In this document: piece by piece, positions 57,598-64,000 of the stretch
Layout: the number at the start of each line of letters is the position of its first letter
How positions within the stretch are numbered: the first letter of the stretch is position 1
Assembly (NCBI GenBank): GCA_029210695.1
Contig: JARGFH010000006.1
Span: 29,005 to 93,004, forward strand
Length of the DNA: 64,000 bases
Source of the DNA: Acidimicrobiia bacterium
GTDB lineage: Bacteria; Actinomycetota; Acidimicrobiia; Spongiisociales; JAHEDJ01
Reading direction: 5' to 3'
Translations under genes and position numbers: made by a program
Notes under the pieces: generated by a model
Told to the model about the DNA's origin: nothing
Database searches by the model: none
What the model saw: the letters and a program-made list of their open reading frames with translations, nothing else

Positions 57598-59271
57598 TCA
57601 ACGTGGCACCCAGCTCCATCGCCCTCTCCGGCTTCCGTACCAGGGCCGGAGGTGGAGACGAGCTGGGTGAAAGTTCCCGTAGACGAGGACACCGGTGCCG
57701 GTGTTAGAGCGGCGGAGGTCGGCGGTGGTGGCGAGGGGTCGATGCCGGGTGGATTCGGTGACGCTCTCTCGTCCGTCTGCGTTGCGGGTGCGGGAGTTCT
57801 CGAGGGTGGTTTCGTCGCCGATGAGTCGGCTGATGTAGTCGAGGGTTGGGGTGTCGGAGATGCCGGCGAGGACGACCTTGGCCCGGTGGTTGTTGATGAC
57901 GGTTTGGGCGAAGGTGCCGTAGCGGGCCTGGATCTGGGCGAAGTCTTGCCAGACGGTGACGAGTTGGATCCCCACCCCGCGGGCGGTGGAGGCGAGTTGG
58001 GCGAGGTCGGGGAGGGGGGCGATGTTGGCGGCCTCGTCGATGACCAGCAGGAGGGGTTTGGTGAGTCGGCTGCTGGCCCGGTTGGCGCGGTCGTAGACCC
58101 GGGCGACTATCTGTTCGATGAGGGCGGTGAACAGTGGCCGGAGGCGGGCTTGTTCGTGGAGGGGCCCACAGATGTAGAGGGTGTGGTTGCCGCCGTCGAG
58201 GAGCCGGTCGGGGTCGATGATTGGTTGGCGGATCGTGGTGGCGAGGACTCCGGGGTCTGAGAAGGCGGCGAGGACGGTTTCGGCTGTGGTGTAGGCGGAG
58301 GACCGGGTGCGTTCTTCCCGGTTGATCGACGCGGCGAATGCTTGGAGGGCGTCGATCTCTTTCGCCTGGTGGAGGGCTTGGAGGGGTTCTTGTTCGTCTT
58401 GGAGGTCGACCCAGCGGATGACGTCGGCCATGCCGGCGCTGCTGGTGGCGGCGGCGTAGAGGAGGGGTGCGAGGAGTTTCTGGGCGACGGCGTACCAGAA
58501 GTCGGAGTCTTGGAGTCCGCCTCGTTCTCCGGCTCGGGCGGTGGAGGCGAGCCAGGCGGCCATGCGTAGGGCTCCCTGCCAGTCGTGGGCTGAGTGGAGC
58601 GGTGACCAGCCGGCGGAGGGTTCGTCTGTCGATCCGACCGGGTCGAATACCCAGGTTTCGCCGACGGAGCGACGCTGGTTGATGGTGTGTTCGAGGAGGT
58701 CGCCTTTGACGGAGGTGGCGATGACGGGTCCGTCCCATTCGAGGAGGGCGGGGATGGCGAAACCGGTGGTCTTTCCGGTGCCGGCTGGTCCGATCACGGC
58801 GACGGAGTGTTGGGCTTCGGTGGCGACGAGTCTTCGCTGGACGGTGCCGAGGGTGAGGCGTCCGGGTTGGGGTCTGCGGACGAGGAGAGGTTTGAGGTCG
58901 CCGGGTTTGGCCCATCGGGCGGAATCTCCATCTGACGAGTTTCGATGCCGGTCGTGCCAGCGGTAGCCGACCGCGCCGACGGCGGCCAGGACGGCGACGA
59001 GAACGGTGAGAGCGGCGTAATAGGGGAGCGGCGCCGGAAGCAGGTGGGTGACGGCGGGTGGCCAGGATTCGTTGGGTCTGGCCGGATTGGTGAGGAGTCT
59101 CCAAACGATGAGAGGGCCCTCGGAGAGAGGAACGGGCAGCCACGTGCCGCTCCAGAGACGGGCAGCGACCTGGCCGGCGGCCCACACCACCGCGCACGCC
59201 GCTACCACGGCGGCGGTGACGATGGTCAGAACCTTTTCGCCGTCGGGGTTGGCAGATGCCGGGTGGGTCAT
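57598..59271 (-). CDS. type IV coupling protein (TraD/VirD4/TcpA-like T4CP)
   Basis: N-terminal TM helices and Walker A 'VIGPAGTGKTTGFAIPALLEW'. The ORF extends to 59361, but the Met at 59271 gives a 4-nt coupling with the upstream gene. Confidence 0.85.
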   Translation of the reverse strand: MTHPASANPDGEKVLTIVTAAVVAACAVVWAAGQVAARLWSGTWLPVPLSEGPLIVWRLLTNPARPNESWPPAVTHLLPAPLPYYAALTVLVAVLAAVGAVGYRWHDRHRNSSDGDSARWAKPGDLKPLLVRRPQPGRLTLGTVQRRLVATEAQHSVAVIGPAGTGKTTGFAIPALLEWDGPVIATSVKGDLLEHTINQRRSVGETWVFDPVGSTDEPSAGWSPLHSAHDWQGALRMAAWLASTARAGERGGLQDSDFWYAVAQKLLAPLLYAAATSSAGMADVIRWVDLQDEQEPLQALHQAKEIDALQAFAASINREERTRSSAYTTAETVLAAFSDPGVLATTIRQPIIDPDRLLDGGNHTLYICGPLHEQARLRPLFTALIEQIVARVYDRANRASSRLTKPLLLVIDEAANIAPLPDLAQLASTARGVGIQLVTVWQDFAQIQARYGTFAQTVINNHRAKVVLAGISDTPTLDYISRLIGDETTLENSRTRNADGRESVTESTRHRPLATTADLRRSNTGTGVLVYGNFHPARLHLRPWYGSRRGRWSWVPR

Positions 59272-59732
59272 CGGCCGATGCCACCTTGCCGGGTCTCTCG
59301 GTGTGGCCGGCGGTGGTCGGTGTCGAGGGCGCGGAGGAGCGGGATTTGACAGGCGCCGCATCGGCAGGCACGCGGGGTGGGTTGGGTCCAGGCGTCGGGC
59401 CAGTAGGGGATCGTGGTGACACAGGGTGTGCAGAGGGCGTGGCTGCCGAGCAGCGGGATGAGCGTGTATTCGTCGTCGACGGGGATCTGGCTGTTACACA
59501 GGTCACAGATCCACAGGCTGTTGTCGTCGGGGACGCTGCTGATGATGACCACGCCGAGACGTTCCATCTCCTCGCGGATGCCGGCTTCGGCGGCGACACG
59601 GCGCCGGTAGGTCTCGCGGTGGGCGGCGGGTCGGACTATGAACCGCAACTCGTTCCGACACGGCTCGCAGAGACCCTGAGGTGTGAGGCGAGCCGACGTG
59701 TCGCAGCTTCGGCAGGTGTCGTTGGAGTTCAT
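59268..59732 (-). CDS. Cys-rich protein with four CxxC pairs (two putative zinc ribbons)
   Basis: 'CRSCDTS...CEPCRNE', 'CDLCNSQ', 'CTPC', 'CRCGAC'. ATG at 59732. It sits in the conjugation operon with 4-nt overlaps on both sides. Confidence 0.5.
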   Translation of the reverse strand: MNSNDTCRSCDTSARLTPQGLCEPCRNELRFIVRPAAHRETYRRRVAAEAGIREEMERLGVVIISSVPDDNSLWICDLCNSQIPVDDEYTLIPLLGSHALCTPCVTTIPYWPDAWTQPTPRACRCGACQIPLLRALDTDHRRPHRETRQGGIGR

Positions 59733-60043
59733 CGTTCGAGTCCTCGTCCGGTCGGGGTGTCGAGTGACCGATGCCGTGGGCTGTTGACGATTTCGGCGGT
59801 GAGGAGGAGGCCTGCGACGCGGTCGTCGGCTGCGAGTTGGTCCCATTGGTTGATGACGGTCGCGGCGAAGCCAGAAAGGGGATGTGACGAGGACTGGAGT
59901 GCTTGTGTGATCCGGTCCCTTTCGTCCGCCTCTAGGTGGAGGGATGGGTCGGTGATCCCTCGGTCTGGGTCGGTGAGGGCGGTGAGGGCGTTCCCGATCC
60001 GTTCCCTGGTGAGGATGTCGGTTGGGGCGGGATGACTTGGCAT
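59729..60043 (-). CDS. hypothetical protein, conjugation-operon member
   Basis: 104-aa ORF, translationally coupled to the downstream Cys-rich gene. Confidence 0.4.
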   Translation of the reverse strand: MPSHPAPTDILTRERIGNALTALTDPDRGITDPSLHLEADERDRITQALQSSSHPLSGFAATVINQWDQLAADDRVAGLLLTAEIVNSPRHRSLDTPTGRGLER

Positions 60044-60055
60044 GGTGTGGCTCCT

Positions 60056-61258
60056 TTAGTGGGTGCAGCCGCTGGTGGCGGCGGTGACGGGGCTGAGTCC
60101 GATGCCGGTCCACCAGGCCTCGAGAGGTTCCTGGGGGCAGAGCAGGGCGCCGTTCGGGTTGCGGATCTGGAAGTGGAGGTGGGGGCTGGCCGAGTTGCCG
60201 GTGTTGCCCGACGTCATGATCAGTTGGCCTGCGGTCACTTCGGTTCCGGGTTGGACGGCGACCCCGGTGCCGTGGCAGTAGGTGTAGCGGTGGTTGTCGA
60301 GACCGGTGACGGTGACTCCCCAGCCGCATTTGCAGGTGGCGCACGGCCGGTAGACGCCTGTGACGGTGCCGGGGTGGGCGGCGTAGACCGGGGTGGATTC
60401 GGGGACACCAAGGTCGGAGGCGGGGTAGTCGTGGTGGCTGCGGCGGATCATCTCGACGGTGACCGAGTCGACCGGGAGGGGGAAGACGTAGACGCCGTCG
60501 GCGGTGATGGCACCTTGGGTGAACCGGAAGGTCCGGTAGTAGTCGACCCACCCGGTCACGGTGGCGACGTATTCGGCTGAATTGTTGTAGCGGCGTAATG
60601 CGGCTTCGAGGTCGGTCGGGTTGGTGTAGTCGCCGGGGCGGGTGAGACAGAGGTGAGCAACGGTGCCGAGGGAGGCGTCGAACACGTTGTGTGGGTCGGC
60701 GACGCCGTCACCGTTGCCGTCCTGTCCGTAGGCTCGCCATGAGCCGGGGAGGAACTGGGCTGGTCCGACGGCCCGGTCCCAGGTCGGGTCGCCGTCGAGT
60801 AGGCCATCGTCGGTGTCGGGTATGACGGCGGTACCGGGGTGGGAGCCGTCGAGGGTGATCCCATAGAGGGGAGGGGTCACCTGCCCGGAGGGGTCGACGG
60901 TGCGTCCACCGTGCGTGGCGTGGTTGGATTCGACCTTCCAGATCCCGGCGACGACCGGCCAGTCAACCACACAACCCTCTGCGACCGAGGCGGCGTTGGT
61001 TTCGGCGGCGATGTAGGCGGAGAACACCACCGGTGGGATGCCGAGAGCCCCACCAGCGGCGGCCGCCGGTGAGCCGGCGACCACAGCCGCGACCCCCAGC
61101 ATCACGATGAGGATGACCAAGCCGAGCGGGGCGGTGACGATCCCAACGACGATGATGACCCGCCACAGGCCAGACCCGCGGTTGTGTTCAGCGAGTTTGT
61201 CGGCCAGTTTCTTCTTGGCGAGGTGGGTGGCGGCCTTGGCGACGAGTTGGAAGCTCAT
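60056..61258 (-). CDS. bifunctional cell-wall hydrolase: lytic transglycosylase (SLT-like) + M23 peptidase
   Basis: N-terminal TM helix. SLT-like 'IWKVESNHATHGG' and 'AVGPAQFLPGSWRAYG'. M23 'GNTGNSASPHLHFQIR'. Confidence 0.8.
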   Translation of the reverse strand: MSFQLVAKAATHLAKKKLADKLAEHNRGSGLWRVIIVVGIVTAPLGLVILIVMLGVAAVVAGSPAAAAGGALGIPPVVFSAYIAAETNAASVAEGCVVDWPVVAGIWKVESNHATHGGRTVDPSGQVTPPLYGITLDGSHPGTAVIPDTDDGLLDGDPTWDRAVGPAQFLPGSWRAYGQDGNGDGVADPHNVFDASLGTVAHLCLTRPGDYTNPTDLEAALRRYNNSAEYVATVTGWVDYYRTFRFTQGAITADGVYVFPLPVDSVTVEMIRRSHHDYPASDLGVPESTPVYAAHPGTVTGVYRPCATCKCGWGVTVTGLDNHRYTYCHGTGVAVQPGTEVTAGQLIMTSGNTGNSASPHLHFQIRNPNGALLCPQEPLEAWWTGIGLSPVTAATSGCTH

Positions 61259-62751
61259 GCCGGGGTCCTCCTACTGGCCTGTTGCCATGCGGCGGCGGCG
61301 AGCCCTGGTGGCGGCTGGGGCTTCTTGTGGGGCAGGTTGGGGACTTCGGCGGCGGCTTCTCTGACGGTGTGGGTGACGCCGAGGCCGGTGAGACCGCCGG
61401 ATTGGTAGGGACGGATCCAGGTGGCGCCGTGTGAGCCGCCGATGCGGTTGCCTTCGAGGCGGGCCAGGGTGGAGTCGGCGAACCGGGCGGAGATGTCGAG
61501 CAGCTGGCGTCGTCCAACGGCCATGACGGCCATGAAGAAGATCACCAGCAGGAACCTGGTCCACATACCGCCGGCCACACTCAACAGCCCGTTGAGGCCG
61601 GTGACCAGCAGCGCCAAGAAGACGCCCATCACGATTACGAGGGCGACCACCCGCACCAGGGCGGCCACCCAATGCCAGAGAAGTGACCGTCCTGCGCCGG
61701 GGAACAGCCCGGCGTACAGCGCGATGGGGAGGAGGGCGATGAGGAACAGGGCGAGGCCTTTGGCGACGACCAGGGTGAAGGCGGTGATGACGAACAGGGC
61801 GAGGGCGGCGGCGGCGACCACCAGGTAGAGCAGCGACCCGACCAGCCGGCTCACCGACGCTTCGGCGTTGAATGAGGCGTTGGTTTCGCAACCGGCGGCC
61901 TCCATGAGTTGGCGGGGGGTGTCGTCGAAGCTGTGAGGTCCAGACGCCAACGCCTGGTTACGAGCGTCGGCACATGAACCTGGGGGGAGGGGCTGGCCCC
62001 AGTTGATGGTGTCGTAGGGGTCCCGGACGAACCCGGCCATCAACGCCGCACCAACCCGGTCGGAGATGTCGCCTCCTTGGTCGGTGTCGGCGGCGAGGGA
62101 GACGATCTCAGCTGAGATCCCACCGGCAACCTGCATCGTTGCAGTGACTGCGCCGCCGAACCCCGACCCGGTAGAGATCGAGACGAGAACGGCGAACACG
62201 ATGAGCGTCACCGCGAACTCTCCCGCACCCGCACCGACCCTCCCCCGCAGGAACTGGAAGCCCATGTACAGCGCGGAGACGACCAGGCCGAGGTGTGACA
62301 GTCGCATCGGCCCGAGCACCCGACCGTCGAGGAGGTCGGCGACGGTGGTGGCGGCGTCGGTCAACGCTGCTTCGATGACGAACCCGGCCGCGGTCTCCAA
62401 CAGCCAGATCGCCACTGCCACCAGTAGCTTGGCGATCGAGAAGACCAGGTCGGTGGCGGTCCCGATCGTCACGCAGGCGACGTCGCCTACGAACCCGGCG
62501 TTGGAACAGCCGATGTCGTAGCGGCCGATCCCAACAATCCCATTCGTCTCGCTGGTGGGGTAGTCGGTGGGCGGGTACAGCTCCTCACCCAACTCGACGC
62601 CCGGGGCCGGTCCGGTTTGGGCGTGTGCGGGGGGTGCCGACACGATTCCGGCGACGACGACGACTGCGACCAGCCACATGAAAACCCATCCCCACCCGTC
62701 CAATACCTGTGACCGGCGACCGCGCCTGGCGGTGTCCTGGCCACGGGTCAC
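61255..62751 (-). CDS. VirB6/TrbL-like polytopic membrane protein of conjugative T4SS
   Basis: 498 aa with ~8 TM helices. Located between the VirB4-like ATPase and the hydrolase with overlapping stops. Confidence 0.55.
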   Translation of the reverse strand: MTRGQDTARRGRRSQVLDGWGWVFMWLVAVVVVAGIVSAPPAHAQTGPAPGVELGEELYPPTDYPTSETNGIVGIGRYDIGCSNAGFVGDVACVTIGTATDLVFSIAKLLVAVAIWLLETAAGFVIEAALTDAATTVADLLDGRVLGPMRLSHLGLVVSALYMGFQFLRGRVGAGAGEFAVTLIVFAVLVSISTGSGFGGAVTATMQVAGGISAEIVSLAADTDQGGDISDRVGAALMAGFVRDPYDTINWGQPLPPGSCADARNQALASGPHSFDDTPRQLMEAAGCETNASFNAEASVSRLVGSLLYLVVAAAALALFVITAFTLVVAKGLALFLIALLPIALYAGLFPGAGRSLLWHWVAALVRVVALVIVMGVFLALLVTGLNGLLSVAGGMWTRFLLVIFFMAVMAVGRRQLLDISARFADSTLARLEGNRIGGSHGATWIRPYQSGGLTGLGVTHTVREAAAEVPNLPHKKPQPPPGLAAAAWQQASRRTPA

Positions 62752-64000
62752 GGCGCTTCCCCGCCGGCGACCGGCGCCGAATTCTGGTGGTGGTCGAGGG
62801 ACGGCCAGGGTCCGACCGTCACCCGGCTGGCGCCGGGGGTGGTGGACAAGGCGTTGGTAACGTCGAGGTCGTCGGGTGCGGCGATCCGGACCAGTCCGAA
62901 CCGTCCCGCCGGGTCACGCATCAAGCATTCACCGGTCCGGAGGGAGGTGACCGTTTCGACGTTGTCGTCACGGCCGTCCGAGCCGAGGAAACCGAGGGCG
63001 TCGGCGGCGGTTCCGGGGGACTGGCGAAACACGACCCGGTAGCCCAGCAGCGTGTCGATGTCGTCGGTGTCGGCCCCGCCGGTGAGGTCTGAGGGAAGCT
63101 GGCTGAACGCCCATACCGCTGCGAAGTGTTTGCGGCCGTCACGGATCAGGTCCATCACCAACCCGTGACCCTGCGCACTCGCAGTGAGAGCGTGGGCCTC
63201 GTCGAGGAGCAGGGCGGCGAACCGGTCGGGGTGCCGGAACAGCACCCGGCGGGAGAACGCGGCTACCAGGTAGAGGATCGCCTGACCCAACAGCTCCTCT
63301 GCCAACTGCTCATCCCGCGCTGCGTCTCGGCGGGGGAGGCGGAGGCCGGGGAGGTGGAAGCACACGTAGTCGCCGTTGAGGTCGACGGCCGGGCCCGGGT
63401 CGCCGAACACCAGCCGCCCATAGGAGATCTCCGAAAGGGCCCGAAGCTTGTCCGCCACCTCACCACCCGCACCCCCGGATGTTTCGAGGTGGTCGATCAC
63501 GTCACGAAGACGGGCCGGGTCCCCGGTTTCGGCGGCTTGTTCCAGGGTGTGTTGTGCCGCCCGGTAGCACAGGGTGCCGGCGGTCGACCCGGGTGGGGTG
63601 GCGGTGAGCAGGGTGATGAACCCGACCCCGTAGCGGAGTCGCAGCTCGTCGGTGTCGAACACTACGAACGGGTCGAGACTCACGGTGGCGTCCGCTGAGA
63701 TCTCCACCACCTGGCCGGTACCCGGAATCACCCCGGCGAGCTGGCTGTACTCACCCTGTTCGGTGCGGTCGACCACAACCACCTGGCCGCCCATCGCCAC
63801 CGTGTTGAGAGCCAACGTTTTGGCCAGGTAACTCTTTCCCGAGCCGAGTTCGCCGATCGCGGCGAGCGAACCCGACCGGTTGAGATCCCGTGGCCCATAG
63901 GAAGGATCACAGAACACCGGGCGGGCGTTGAGCCCGTCGAGGGAGAACCCGAGGAGCATGCCACCGGGGTCGCCGACACCGGAGCCGGCGAACGGCATCG
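62748..64000 (-). CDS. VirB4/TraE-like conjugative ATPase, C-terminal part (N-terminus beyond window end)
   Basis: Walker A 'IGELGSGKSYLAK', Walker B 'ALLLDEAHAL', 'AVWAFSQ'. The ORF is open to position 64000. Confidence 0.8.
   Translation of the reverse strand, partial: MPFAGSGVGDPGGMLLGFSLDGLNARPVFCDPSYGPRDLNRSGSLAAIGELGSGKSYLAKTLALNTVAMGGQVVVVDRTEQGEYSQLAGVIPGTGQVVEISADATVSLDPFVVFDTDELRLRYGVGFITLLTATPPGSTAGTLCYRAAQHTLEQAAETGDPARLRDVIDHLETSGGAGGEVADKLRALSEISYGRLVFGDPGPAVDLNGDYVCFHLPGLRLPRRDAARDEQLAEELLGQAILYLVAAFSRRVLFRHPDRFAALLLDEAHALTASAQGHGLVMDLIRDGRKHFAAVWAFSQLPSDLTGGADTDDIDTLLGYRVVFRQSPGTAADALGFLGSDGRDDNVETVTSLRTGECLMRDPAGRFGLVRIAAPDDLDVTNALSTTPGASRVTVGPWPSLDHHQNSAPVAGGEAP

Noticed and set aside
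57704-59599. 631-aa minus-strand ORF, extremely Arg/Pro-rich
   Set aside because: It runs antisense to and out of frame with the T4CP and Cys-rich genes. Low-complexity R/P-rich composition is typical of spurious frames in high-GC DNA.
59268-60551. 427-aa minus-strand ORF spanning three small genes
   Set aside because: Only its C-terminal 155 aa (from Met 59732) look protein-like (the Cys-rich gene). The upstream part is a P/R-rich read-through overlapping the separate 104-aa ORF and hydrolase region.

Overview
This is a high-GC window that looks actinobacterial. The left ~8 kb carries ordinary genes: a 5'-partial TIM-barrel-like hydrolase, a YlbL-type PDZ/Lon-S16 protease, a DivIVA-domain protein and a UPF0182 membrane protein. 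An initiator-like tRNA-Met(CAT) with a clean rho-independent terminator sits at ~8.29-8.40 kb. Everything to its right looks accessory or mobile. From ~8.5 to 20.3 kb there is a Clp_N-domain gene behind a perfect double palindrome, an ABC-2 exporter whose permease is frameshifted at a poly-C run, and an ISL3-family transposase gene split by a complete group II intron with its RT/maturase ORF. Two small hypothetical genes follow, then a GmrSD-type (DUF262/DUF1524) type IV restriction enzyme directly behind a tyrosine integrase and excisionase. From 20.5 kb to the window end the content looks like an actinobacterial integrative conjugative element. It carries a Tad/Flp pilus locus (CpaB, TadZ-like, TadA, TadB, TadC, Flp pilin, three TadE/G pseudopilins) followed by an 1122-aa membrane protein with three LysM repeats, a Pro/Thr-rich linker and a SARP/BTAD regulator module. 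It also carries a DUF4238 protein, a divergent pair of unknown proteins sharing an R-x4-H-G (HEPN-like) motif, an ArdC-metalloprotease-TOPRIM primase fusion, a TrwC/TraA-type relaxase, a T4SS coupling protein, an SLT+M23 cell-wall hydrolase, a VirB6/TrbL-like membrane protein and a partial VirB4-like ATPase. Embedded in this element is a complete, translationally coupled type 1 BREX operon (brxA-brxB-brxC-pglX-pglZ-brxL). Its BrxL has lost the Lon-protease C-terminal domain and instead carries a Hanks-type Ser/Thr kinase domain, a type1/type2 (PglW-like) hybrid not described as far as I know. A Ppl-like (PHP phosphoesterase plus SMC/ABC-type ATPase) single-gene defence candidate lies immediately downstream. 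I saw no CRISPR arrays or rRNA genes.
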